Assembly (NCBI GenBank): GCA_963666365.2
Contig: CAXXNF010000001.1
Coordinates: forward strand, 192,001-256,000
Direction of reading: 5' to 3'
DNA from: Syntrophales bacterium
Lineage (GTDB): Bacteria > Desulfobacterota > Syntrophia > Syntrophales > UBA2210
Length of the DNA stretch: 64,000 nucleotides
Shown here piece after piece: positions 1 to 9,417 of this stretch. Under the pieces are notes generated by a model. It saw only the letters and a list, made by a program, of their open reading frames with translations. It had not been told where the DNA came from and did no database searches. How positions within the stretch are numbered: the first letter of the stretch is position 1; every line of letters begins with the position of its first letter. Both the position numbers and the translations under genes were made by a program.

Positions 1-3000
1 AGTAAGAGTGACGGCGCTGACAGGTCCTCTTCCCATGCGAGAGCGTAAAGCTCACGGCTCTCATTTGCATAGACGATCAGACTGGGCTTCTCTGTGAAAT
101 CATCGCTTCCCAGGGCGTCGAAGCGGAAGATCTCAGACGATGTCAATTCAACCGGGTCGGACCAGGCGCCATCGGTTGCCAGCATGCCGTAGATACCCTG
201 ATTTCCTCCGGTTGCTCCGTCGGCCGCCCGGGTATAGAGCAGGGCTGTCGCAGTTCCGTGGGGCATGAATTTCAGATGTGCCGCCACATCGGGAAGCGCC
301 GCCGCCTCGGCGGGCGTCGACCACTGGTTTCCCTCAGCGTTTCCGGTCGCATACATGATGCGTGAAGGCGGATAAAAATTATCGGCCTGCTCCTTGTCGA
401 TCCGGGTCCAGGCGGCGAGCCATGTACCGTCCGAGCGTGCCATTACGGCCGTATCGGTAATGACGCCTTCCACAACCGCGATTTGCACAGGCGTTCCCCA
501 GGCGCCGGATTCGTTCCGCCGGCTCGCCTTGAGCGCCATATTCCCTTCGGCGGTCATGTCGGTATAAAGAAGCATATCGCCGTTTCCACTGCAGGTTGAA
601 AAAACACCCAGCGGCGGAAAGCCATCGACCACGACCGGGTCTTGCCCCTGAAATTCGGCCGGTTCGAACGTTCCCAGATCCCTGCGCTGGGTGACAATCT
701 CCATTTCAATCAGGTACATGGCAGATTCCGTGCCGAACTGGTAATCGATGGGCCAGGCTTTCCAGTGCCATTTCTTCTGCAACTGGGCGATCCAGGTCTT
801 CAGATATACATTGAGCACCGCCCGCAGATCGCCGCGGATGCGCCTGAAAATGGGGGAATCGCCATTGGGGTTCACGTCTATCAGCATGGCGGGCGCGCCG
901 GTCCAGGCGTCGTCGCCAGAAAGTTCAACCGTCCCTTTGGCGCCGACGCTCCCCCGGGCCAGCATGGCGTCCACGCCCACGCCGAAGCCGAAGGCGATGT
1001 CGAGGCTTTCCGTTTTCTGGGGATCCTGTGCCTTCACGGGATCGCCCACTTCGTTTCCCCCGAGGAAATGCCGGCGCCACTGTTTCGTCTCGGCACCCTG
1101 GATCGCATAGTGTTCTTCCTGGCGGGGAAAGACGGTTTTGAAGCCGCTCAGGGACCGCACCCCGATGAGCCCCTTGGTCAGGGCGCGGACATCCATGGCG
1201 CCTGACTTGTAGAGCAGCAGGAGCACAGGACCGATCTTGGGAATGTATTTGAGCACGGGGAAAATGCTCGCCGACACCTCGACGCCCGCCTGACCGCTCA
1301 TTCCATAGAGTACGGCAAGCTCGTCAGGCTTGTTGTCGGGGGCAAACTTGTAGCTGTCGATGTGGTAAAATTCACCCGCCGGCGGAGGCGTCAACCCCAC
1401 CTTGACATCGCCGAATTTTTTGAGAAATCCTGGCGTGTATTCGTTCTTGTTGACGGTGTTTTTCGCGATGCCGCCCTTCATCTGCACATAGAATTCCCGA
1501 TCTTCACCCTTGAGGGTGGCCTCGACGCCGCCGTAGAGACTGAGGCCCATGAATCCGGGCGACAGTCCCAATATGCCGCCGATCTTGCTTTGCATCCCTT
1601 CCTTCACCTGGGTATCGATGCTGTAGACGTAATCGAGGGCGTTCGTCGCGCGGAGAATGATATTGGCCGTGAAGGTGGGAAGGGCGATGATCTTTCCCTT
1701 CGGCAGCGCATTCTGGAGTCCCTCTCCCAGCATGACCTGAGAGCCCGCCACCGATCCCATGATATCGGCCATCCCGGCGAACCACGGCGGAAGCCGCGCA
1801 CCGGTCAGTTCTTTCCCTTCAAAGGCGCCGGTGTATTCAAAATTGTAGACGTTGACGGCCCCCAGCTTCGTGACCACGATGAAGGCGGGCTTGAAAAGGT
1901 CCGGCGGAAGCTGCCAGAGCTTCACCTGACCGGTGGCCTTCACGGTATTTTGATCGGTGGCGTCGGCGGTGAAATTCGTCAGGCGCTGGTAATAGACGTT
2001 CCTGTAGCCCTCGGCGCCGCTGCGGATGTTATTCAGGAACGCGGCAACCTCCCGCGGTTCGGCAGTTTCCGCCAGATTCAGGGCAACGGGCGCATCGTCG
2101 TAACGGTTGTCCGGAAAGGCCTTCATATCGACCAGCCAGACCTCCTGGATACCGTCCTGAAGGGTCACGGTCCGGTTTGCCCCCGCCGATCCGTCATCGT
2201 TATCGAAGCCGGGCAGTGTGACGGTGTATGTCGTCTGTTCCAGGCCCACATCGAGACTCCAGGTCATCGTCAGCGGACCTTCGGCGTTAAAGGCGGTGAA
2301 TGCCGTCTGATTTCCGGCCTTCTTCGCCCCCGGCAGAAAGGCGCCGCGGCGGTTCATGGTCAGGCTGTCCTTGGCGATAACCGGCCCTTTGATCGGCGTC
2401 AGTGCAATCGCGTTTTCTCCTTCGAAAAGATAGGCATTGGTCCTCGGGTCGGCGGGATCGGGTACCGCCATGGAGGGGTCGAGCCGTTTTCGAAGGGGCT
2501 CGAATCCGGGCGCCGTCACCTCCAGAAACCACCCCACATCGCCCATTTCGAAAGGCCATTTGAAGGCGCCGTCGGCGCCGGTGGGATCGCCCCGCTCAGA
2601 GAACCGGCCGTAGCGGTTCCACAGACGGATTTCGGCGCCTTCGACGGGGTTTCCCGACGCGGCGCTTTTCACCGCACCCTTGAGAGCGATGCCCCTGATC
2701 ATGGTGATGATTATCTTGAATTTCAGCTTCCCGCTTGTCACGTCAAGGGTTTCCAGCCGATAGCCGTTGTAGCGCCAGTTTGTGTGTTCCGCGGTCAGAT
2801 CGTAAAATTCCAGCGGGGAGGTCAGATCAGTCACCCAGGCGCCGCCGGTGGTGGTGATCTTTGTACGGTCTTCCTCCCATTCTCCTTTATCGAACCAGGA
2901 TACCGCAATGTCGTCGATCGCTGAGCCGTCCACGGCATCCCTGGTCTCGACCAGAATGTCGTGGGAGATGGCGAGGGGATCCACGCCCGCTGTCGGAGTT

Positions 3001-5546
3001 GGTCCGCCGATGTTGATTCTCGCTTCAAGGTCGCCGCCGCTGCTGGTGAAATGGTACCAGTGTTCGTTGGTGTCTTCGAAATAATAATTTTCCACGTAGA
3101 GCCACATCTCGTAGGGGGTGTTCGGCGTTCCCGCGCGCCAGCGTTCGGTATAATAGAAGATACGGTCTCCCGTGTAGTCCGGGCGGATGAACTGGGGGAC
3201 CACTTCACCGTTCTTCACATAATCATAGTTGTCTTGATCGACCTGCTGCCAGGAGTAGATCTCGACCCTGGCCGTCCCGTAACTGGTGGCCTCCATGATC
3301 CCCTTCAGGTTCAGCACTCCCATGGGAAAAACTGAACTCCAGTAGTCGTAATTCTCCGGGAAGGGCGCCTCGGGGACAAGGCCGGGAGCGGGGAATTCGG
3401 CAAAGGTGAATTCATAGGGATAGGGCCCAGCATACTCCGCAGCCAGATGAGTATAGCGGGGGTGGTTGAGCGCCATAGTGTAGGCGCCCGCCGGAAGGCC
3501 CTCGATCACCCGCCGCGCCGTTCCCTTGCGGTTTTCCAGGGCCTCGCTCCGGTTGACCGGTCCGGTCAGGGTGACGGAACCGCCGTCGGCGATTTCCGCA
3601 TAGAGCGTCTCGTAGCGCACCTCCGGCATCATGACGCTCCCTTCCGACTCGGCCTTGCTGCGGTCCAGGGCCACCACCTGGTGTTCCGTCGGGCTTTTCC
3701 ACATCAGCGCCGGGTCCACCGCCGCTTCGACGGCGCATCTGTTTTTCAGGGCAAAGAGGGTGCCCGCCATGTGCTGCCCGGAGGAAAGGGCCATGCCGCC
3801 GATGCTGGTGATTCTCCCCATCATCTGGTATTTTTGAAAGGCCTGGGCGGATTTCAGGCTGTGGGGCCAGACCTGGTAATAGGGCCACATCGCGCTTATG
3901 TAGCTGCCGGACTTAATATCTTCTCCCACAAAACAGTCGCCCCAGTAATCGGTGAGACCCGGCGCCGTAATGCCATACATGCCGGGGATCAGCGAAAGGG
4001 TAAACTCGCCTATTTCGTTGGTCTTAACTTCGATCAGCCGATATTCTTCCGGTATAAACCGGGCGTAATACTCGGAGGCCCGGATTTCGAGCACCTTGTT
4101 GGCCCCGGGATAGTAGGCCGGCTGGGCGGCCCTGAAGAAATCGAAATCGTGGCTCGCCAGTTCATCGGCCAGGAGAAGCGTGGCGGTGAAGGTTACGGGT
4201 TCTGGGTCGCAGAACAGGGTCGTCTCTCGGTTCACATCGGCCACGGCGTCCAGATAGTCCGAAGCGGCAAGGGTGACGGAAAACCTGCTGTAGGCGTCTT
4301 CATTGCCGGCGTTGATGTCGCTGCCTTCGATCAGAATGGGCACGTGGCGCTCCACGGTATCATTGACCGTGGCGAGGTAGTTTCCCGGAAGAATCTTGTC
4401 GAAGACCGCCACGGCCCGGTTCTTGTCCGCCTCATAGGTGACGGTGCGGGTGCGGTCGATGCCTGCGGTGTTGCTGTCCTTCAGACCCTGCAGGCGCACT
4501 TCAAGGCCGCTAAGCATCTCGGGATCATGGTAGGGCGTGTCCACGACCACGGTAAGCGCCGTGTTCTGGAGGGTCATATCGATGCGCAGCGTCTCCTGCG
4601 GCAGGGCGGTCACCAGGTGTGTGCTCACGTTGTAGCCCAGACGCTTTCCCTGAACATTCCAGTGGACGGGAGGCAGACCGGTGAAGCGCACCTTGCCGGC
4701 CATTGTGTTGTCCCAGTAGGAGTCATTCTCCTTTCGGATGCCGCTTACACCGACCTGGGCGGGAACGAGGACGATATCCTGGTTGTCGGGATGAACGCCC
4801 TCACATTCGACGATGATGCCCTCAAGGGGCACGTTCTCCTCCTCGGTCACCGGGTTGAACCCATAGACCGAAGCGATAATGTGACTGGTGAGGGGCTTCA
4901 ACAGCACGTCGGCCCAGTGGGGACCGGTCAGCTCTTTGCTGACCTGCTCAGAATAGGATTCCCAGCCGGGGTTGCTGTCGGCCCCCTCGTTTATGAAGAA
5001 ACTGTAAAATCCCGGAGAAAGTCCGGCAAACTGGATGAAGCCCAGGCTGTCCGTCTTTCCTGACCTGTCGACGGCGGTCCCGCTGCCCGAGGGGACGCCC
5101 GTGATCCTGACCGGTATATTGGCAAGCTTCATTCCCGTCGTCACACAGGCGACTTCCACAAAGATGTCGAAAAAGGGCTCCTTGAGGGTCAGCTCCTTGT
5201 GCCACTGGTACCGCCCCCCGGCGGTGACGGAAAACTCCGCGTCGCTTGCCGGATGATAGCCGGGATGCTCCGCCTGGATCGTGTAGCTTCCCGGCTCGAT
5301 TCCGTCGATGGCGTACATGCCGAATCCGTCGGTTCTGGCGGTGTAGGAGCGTTCTGTTGTGTGTACCGTAACCCGGGCGGCATCTATGGGAAGCTTCGTC
5401 GCCTGGTCGGTGATCATGCCCCTCAGTTCGGCGGTATCCGAGGCCAAGGAGTCGGTCGGCGTCTGAAACGCCACGTGGGTAATAAACAGTAAGAAAACAA
5501 AGGACACGATGCGGAGGGTATTGAGTTTGTTACACTGGCTTTTCAT
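1..5546 (-). CDS. Giant secreted protein (>1,840 aa, C-terminus beyond window) with carboxypeptidase-regulatory-like beta-sandwich repeats and a distal propeller-like region
   Basis: Absent from the ORF track because no stop lies in the window. Manual translation from ATG 5546 (AAGGAG upstream): MKSQCNKLNTLRIVSFVFLLFITHVAF (signal-like), LRGMITDQATKLPIDAARVTV..TDGFGMYAIDGIEPGSYTIQAEHPGY, later LKGAVKSAASGNPVEGAEIRL, and W-[GS]-x-P repeats near the left edge. Three long + ORFs are in codon register with it. Confidence 0.85.
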   Translation of the reverse strand, partial: MKSQCNKLNTLRIVSFVFLLFITHVAFQTPTDSLASDTAELRGMITDQATKLPIDAARVTVHTTERSYTARTDGFGMYAIDGIEPGSYTIQAEHPGYHPASDAEFSVTAGGRYQWHKELTLKEPFFDIFVEVACVTTGMKLANIPVRITGVPSGSGTAVDRSGKTDSLGFIQFAGLSPGFYSFFINEGADSNPGWESYSEQVSKELTGPHWADVLLKPLTSHIIASVYGFNPVTEEENVPLEGIIVECEGVHPDNQDIVLVPAQVGVSGIRKENDSYWDNTMAGKVRFTGLPPVHWNVQGKRLGYNVSTHLVTALPQETLRIDMTLQNTALTVVVDTPYHDPEMLSGLEVRLQGLKDSNTAGIDRTRTVTYEADKNRAVAVFDKILPGNYLATVNDTVERHVPILIEGSDINAGNEDAYSRFSVTLAASDYLDAVADVNRETTLFCDPEPVTFTATLLLADELASHDFDFFRAAQPAYYPGANKVLEIRASEYYARFIPEEYRLIEVKTNEIGEFTLSLIPGMYGITAPGLTDYWGDCFVGEDIKSGSYISAMWPYYQVWPHSLKSAQAFQKYQMMGRITSIGGMALSSGQHMAGTLFALKNRCAVEAAVDPALMWKSPTEHQVVALDRSKAESEGSVMMPEVRYETLYAEIADGGSVTLTGPVNRSEALENRKGTARRVIEGLPAGAYTMALNHPRYTHLAAEYAGPYPYEFTFAEFPAPGLVPEAPFPENYDYWSSVFPMGVLNLKGIMEATSYGTARVEIYSWQQVDQDNYDYVKNGEVVPQFIRPDYTGDRIFYYTERWRAGTPNTPYEMWLYVENYYFEDTNEHWYHFTSSGGDLEARINIGGPTPTAGVDPLAISHDILVETRDAVDGSAIDDIAVSWFDKGEWEEDRTKITTTGGAWVTDLTSPLEFYDLTAEHTNWRYNGYRLETLDVTSGKLKFKIIITMIRGIALKGAVKSAASGNPVEGAEIRLWNRYGRFSERGDPTGADGAFKWPFEMGDVGWFLEVTAPGFEPLRKRLDPSMAVPDPADPRTNAYLFEGENAIALTPIKGPVIAKDSLTMNRRGAFLPGAKKAGNQTAFTAFNAEGPLTMTWSLDVGLEQTTYTVTLPGFDNDDGSAGANRTVTLQDGIQEVWLVDMKAFPDNRYDDAPVALNLAETAEPREVAAFLNNIRSGAEGYRNVYYQRLTNFTADATDQNTVKATGQVKLWQLPPDLFKPAFIVVTKLGAVNVYNFEYTGAFEGKELTGARLPPWFAGMADIMGSVAGSQVMLGEGLQNALPKGKIIALPTFTANIILRATNALDYVYSIDTQVKEGMQSKIGGILGLSPGFMGLSLYGGVEATLKGEDREFYVQMKGGIAKNTVNKNEYTPGFLKKFGDVKVGLTPPPAGEFYHIDSYKFAPDNKPDELAVLYGMSGQAGVEVSASIFPVLKYIPKIGPVLLLLYKSGAMDVRALTKGLIGVRSLSGFKTVFPRQEEHYAIQGAETKQWRRHFLGGNEVGDPVKAQDPQKTESLDIAFGFGVGVDAMLARGSVGAKGTVELSGDDAWTGAPAMLIDVNPNGDSPIFRRIRGDLRAVLNVYLKTWIAQLQKKWHWKAWPIDYQFGTESAMYLIEMEIVTQRRDLGTFEPAEFQGQDPVVVDGFPPLGVFSTCSGNGDMLLYTDMTAEGNMALKASRRNESGAWGTPVQIAVVEGVITDTAVMARSDGTWLAAWTRIDKEQADNFYPPSRIMYATGNAEGNQWSTPAEAAALPDVAAHLKFMPHGTATALLYTRAADGATGGNQGIYGMLATDGAWSDPVELTSSEIFRFDALGSDDFTEKPSLIVYANESRELYALAWEEDLSAPSLL

Positions 5547-5746
5547 ACCGGCACATTTCTCCTTTTCTGCTTGGTGTCATAGGCATTCGAAGAGTTTATA
5601 CAGGATTGTGTCAATATAATGGAAATTGTGCTAAAAGTACACGTGTTATCTGTTTTTTTCAGACCGGGACGGGGGAAGCAATTCGCGTCATACTCATTAC
5701 ACAATCGGCACATGCCGGTTGAATTTATACCAGGAAGAGTGCACAT

Positions 5747-6091
5747 ATGCCGGAAAGTCAAATTGAGTTAAACGATATCAGGAAGAAACAGCTGGGGAAT
5801 TTGTTGCGCGCCATGCCGGATTTCGCACACATGCTTGGCGAGCTGGTGAATGAAGCCTACAGGGACGGCGCCCTGGACAGCAAAACAAAGCGACTCATGG
5901 CGATGGCCATCGCGCTCGGCGCCGGCTGTCGAAACTGCATTCTCAGTCAGGCCGAGTCGGCCCTGGCGCTCGGCGCAACCAGGGAAGAGTTTCTAGAAAC
6001 CATTTCAGTGGTGATCAGCATGCGGGGCACGACGGGCGTCGCAGAGTCCTTGCGAGTGATCCAGTTTCTGGATGAGCTGGAGAAACTATAG
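5747..6091 (+). CDS. Carboxymuconolactone decarboxylase/AhpD-like protein
   Basis: GALDSKTKRLMAMAIALGAGCRNCI with CxxC; GATREE motif; AGGA upstream. Confidence 0.85.
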   Translation: MPESQIELNDIRKKQLGNLLRAMPDFAHMLGELVNEAYRDGALDSKTKRLMAMAIALGAGCRNCILSQAESALALGATREEFLETISVVISMRGTTGVAESLRVIQFLDELEKL

Positions 6092-6154
6092 GTGGCCTGT
6101 TTGTATTCTGCATGTTGATTTTTTCTCAATAGCAGGACATCAGAACCGCTGAAA

Positions 6155-6305
6155 GAGACCTGCATAATTTCCTTTTCTGTCGTTCCGGGCTTGACCCGGA
6201 ATCCAGAAAGTGCGTGAAAAAACTGGATACCTCCCGGAGGACTTGATCCGGGATCTGCCGGCATGACGAAATTGGCGATTTTATAGGATTCTGCAAAGCG
6301 GTCTC
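6155..6305. repeat. Palindromic intergenic repeat, family A copy 1
   Basis: GTCGTTCCGGGCTTGACCCGGAATCCAG...CTGGAT...GGACTTGATCCGGGATCTGCCGGCATGAC with GAGACC/GGTCTC ends; homologous to 28819-28970. Confidence 0.7.
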
Positions 6306-6380
6306 CGAAAGAGTGTGCCTGCGGGGATATCTGCCGACAAAGGTAAACTGGTTTTTATTAGATACCTGGCACTGAAGAAA

Positions 6381-6716
6381 ATGATGGAAGCGCACACTCC
6401 CTGCCTGCGGTGCGGCAAGTGCTGTTTCGTCGATTTGACGGCCTATGCCCGGGAAAGCGATTTCGACCGCTGGCGCGCCGAACACAGGCAGGATATTCTC
6501 GATATTATCGAACACCGTCGTCGTGTCTGGGCGGGCGACCGATTGGTATCCGCCGACACGGGCGACTTTTCTCAGGTATGTCCATTCCTGGAAAGAGAGG
6601 GCAAACAGTGGCGCTGTGCCATATACGAGACACGGCCTCTCGTGTGCCGCGAGTATCAGCCGGGAACGTCGGAACTGTGTCCGCAGTATAGGAAAAACGG
6701 CATTTATAAAAAATAG
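6381..6716 (+). CDS. YkgJ-family cysteine-cluster (CxxCxxCC) protein
   Basis: CLRCGKCC...CPFL...CAIYETRPLVCREY; start chosen at ATG 6381. Confidence 0.85.
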   Translation: MMEAHTPCLRCGKCCFVDLTAYARESDFDRWRAEHRQDILDIIEHRRRVWAGDRLVSADTGDFSQVCPFLEREGKQWRCAIYETRPLVCREYQPGTSELCPQYRKNGIYKK

Positions 6717-6809
6717 GTTCCATTCCCTTTAGCGTTTCACCTGTTTTTGCTCTTCGAATGTCGCGCAACCTGTGGTAAAAGGATGCGCATTATTCCCTCA
6801 GGAGGCACT

Positions 6810-8255
6810 ATGAACAGAGACGACGGGTTGTTTGACTGTATCTTCTATCCCCGGAATGTAGCGATCATCGGCGCATCTCCTTCGGACATCGCGACACGGG
6901 CACAGATAAAAACGAAAATCCGCGACCGGCTCTACCTGGTGAACCCCAAGTATGAGGAAGTGCTGGGCAAGAAATGCTACCCGAGCATCCTGGATGTGGA
7001 AGCCGACATCGACTACGTCATTATTTCCGTCTCCGCCTCACGGCTGCCTCAAATACTTGAAGAGTGCATTCGCAAGGGCGTCAGGGTCGCACAGATGTTC
7101 ACGGCCGGATTCAGCGAAACGGGCATCCCCGAGCGGTCACAGCAGGAGGAGGAGCTGAAGCGGCTGGCGGCGGGAAGAATCAGGCTCATCGGTCCCAATT
7201 GCTTCGGCGTGTACTGTCCCGAATCGGGCCTGGCCATCGTGCCAGAGTCTCCCGCCGAGGAGGGGCACATCGGCGTTGTCGCGCAGAGCGGCAGTTTCGC
7301 CGAATCCTTTTCTTATTTTGCAAGGACGAAAAATCTCCGGTTCAGCAAAGTAATCAGTTACGGCAATGCAGCCGACCTGGACGGCGCCGATTTTCTGGAG
7401 TACCTTGCCGATGATCCCGATACGCATATCATCGCCTTTTATATCGAAGGAACAAAACAGGGCCGGCGCTTACGCGCCGCGCTTGCCCGTGCGGCAGCAC
7501 AGAAGCCGGTGATTGCAATCAAAGGAGGCATGACATCGCAGGGCATGAGGGCGGCCGCTTCTCACACAGCCGCCCTGGCCGGCACCCCCGGCGTCTGGCG
7601 CGGGTTCTTTACCCAGTGCGGGGTCCTACAGGTGGAAAATTTCAATGAAATGACAAATGCGCTGATCGCGCTTGACACCTCGCCCTTGCCCTCCGGACGT
7701 GCCATTGCACTTATTTCCAATTCCGGCGGTTTCAGCGTAATCCAGACGGATATGTGCCTGAACGAGGGCATACAGGTGCCGCCCTTTACTCCGGAAACCG
7801 TGGAGGCCCTGCGCGGACTGGTTCCGGCGGCAGGAACGGGCATGGGCAACCCCCTGGATGCGTGGCCCATATATTACAATGTGGGGCCGACACATAACAT
7901 TGCCGACATTATCCGGACAGTGGCCGCCGACCGTCACATTGACACAGTCCTATTCCAGTTCGACCAGTTCCGCTACTTGCGGCGCATCCTGGGAGAAAAA
8001 ATTGATGCCCACATGCAGCGGCTCCTCGAGTTGATGGTCGAAGGGTGCTGGGACGCCCGCCGGAAGGAAGGCAAACCGGTCATGATCACCGTTTCCCTGG
8101 ACCCCTATCTGGAAGATGAGGAAGACAGGCATTACAATCTTCTTCTCAAAAACACCTTCACTGCAGAGGGGTTCCCCGTGTATTCCACACTGGAGGCGGC
8201 GGTAAAGGCAACGGCCAACCTGTGCCGATACCATGAACATCGCAACAAAAAATAG
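6810..8255 (+). CDS. CoA-binding protein, NDP-forming acyl-CoA synthetase alpha-subunit-like
   Basis: PRNVAIIGAS, LIGPNCFG, VAQSGS, SYGNAADL, phospho-His motif ASHTAALAG, SNSGG; GGAGG before ATG 6810. Confidence 0.88.
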   Translation: MNRDDGLFDCIFYPRNVAIIGASPSDIATRAQIKTKIRDRLYLVNPKYEEVLGKKCYPSILDVEADIDYVIISVSASRLPQILEECIRKGVRVAQMFTAGFSETGIPERSQQEEELKRLAAGRIRLIGPNCFGVYCPESGLAIVPESPAEEGHIGVVAQSGSFAESFSYFARTKNLRFSKVISYGNAADLDGADFLEYLADDPDTHIIAFYIEGTKQGRRLRAALARAAAQKPVIAIKGGMTSQGMRAAASHTAALAGTPGVWRGFFTQCGVLQVENFNEMTNALIALDTSPLPSGRAIALISNSGGFSVIQTDMCLNEGIQVPPFTPETVEALRGLVPAAGTGMGNPLDAWPIYYNVGPTHNIADIIRTVAADRHIDTVLFQFDQFRYLRRILGEKIDAHMQRLLELMVEGCWDARRKEGKPVMITVSLDPYLEDEEDRHYNLLLKNTFTAEGFPVYSTLEAAVKATANLCRYHEHRNKK

Positions 8256-8258
8256 CAG

Positions 8259-8343
8259 GTAATTCCGGGGACAGTATACTTAATTAATGTTTAATTAAGT
8301 ATACTGTCCCCGGAATTACGCTGTCCCCGGAATTACGGAATTA
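8259..8343. repeat. Perfect 29-bp inverted repeat with tandem partial copies (REP-like, family B)
   Basis: GTAATTCCGGGGACAGTATACTTAATTAA-TGT-TTAATTAAGTATACTGTCCCCGGAATTAC, then CTGTCCCCGGAATTAC and GGAATTA; lies between convergent genes. Confidence 0.9.
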
Positions 8344-9399
8344 TCATCGCCGCTGCTGGTAAATCGCCATGGTTGCAGTAAACAGATCCTTTTCCGGCAC
8401 GAATTCCCTGTCCTTGTCTTTCCTGAAGATCTTTACGGCTTCGGTGGGACAGGAAACGGCGCATACACCACAGCCGATGCAGCGGTCCAGGTTGATGCGG
8501 GCAACTTCGTCCATTTCGATCGCGTCCATGGGGCATCGTTCCAGGCAGAGTTCGCATCCGATGCACTCTTCTTCATTCACCCGGGCAAAGAAATTGCTGT
8601 TTACCATTTCTGAGGGCTTGTCGTATTTTTTATAGGCAACCAGGGGGCCGCAGCAGCAATCGCAGCACATGCACATGGCAACAGGGTCCTGGGAGGCGCT
8701 CAACTGGCAGACCAGACCAGCCTCCTGGCCTTCCTTCAGGATAGCCAGGGCCTCTTCCTGCGAGATGTACCGCCCCATGTCGTTTTCCACGAAGTAGTGA
8801 CAGCCGCTGCCGAAATGGAAACACACCTCCAGGGGCTTGCTGCAGGGGGTCCCCAACAGATCTTTCATTCTGCGACACATGCAATCGGATACTGCGATAT
8901 ACTTAGCCGATTTTATGGCCTCTTCCGCACTCTCGTAGGGCATGACCTGCGCGTCCGAATCGACGCTTTCCGCAATCGGAATCGTCCGGAGATCCCTCGT
9001 CGTTCCCTTCATCCAGGTAGCCTCGTACAGGATAGGAGTGAATTCCTCCATATCCCTGGCAAACTCCGGGGTCATGCGATTCATCTGAAACTCGACGATC
9101 CCCACAAGGAACGCCGTTGCCATGTATTTGTGGCTTCCTGCCTTTCCCGTACGAAACACCTGCCCCTTGTGAGACATCTCATAGAGCGCCTTTTCCATTT
9201 CTCCCGGGTCGGCGCCGATACGTCCGGCTATCTCCGCCGCCGTCTCCGGCTTTGGCAGCAGTTTCATAAATATTTCGGCTTCTTCGGGAGTGAAAATGTG
9301 CCTCAGGATTCTCAGTTCGATACCCGACTCCGTATTCAGCGGGAACCGCTGAGGAAACGTGTCGAGAAACTCGGCCAATCTTTGATAGACGTCCTTCAT
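8344..9399 (-). CDS. 4Fe-4S dicluster protein with N-terminal HTH-like region
   Basis: CMCRR, CMCCDCCC, CIGCELCLERCP, CIGCGVCAVSCP; GAGGAG before ATG 9399. Confidence 0.85.
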   Translation of the reverse strand: MKDVYQRLAEFLDTFPQRFPLNTESGIELRILRHIFTPEEAEIFMKLLPKPETAAEIAGRIGADPGEMEKALYEMSHKGQVFRTGKAGSHKYMATAFLVGIVEFQMNRMTPEFARDMEEFTPILYEATWMKGTTRDLRTIPIAESVDSDAQVMPYESAEEAIKSAKYIAVSDCMCRRMKDLLGTPCSKPLEVCFHFGSGCHYFVENDMGRYISQEEALAILKEGQEAGLVCQLSASQDPVAMCMCCDCCCGPLVAYKKYDKPSEMVNSNFFARVNEEECIGCELCLERCPMDAIEMDEVARINLDRCIGCGVCAVSCPTEAVKIFRKDKDREFVPEKDLFTATMAIYQQRR

Positions 9400-9417
9400 A
9401 TTCATTCTCCTCATAGA

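Noticed and set aside
642..5063. Long plus-strand ORFs of 187, 520 and 538 aa
   Set aside because: Antisense shadows in codon register with the giant minus-strand gene; no recognisable motifs.
8259..8343. Possible CRISPR array
   Set aside because: Inverted and abutting repeats with no unique spacers; no cas genes in the window.
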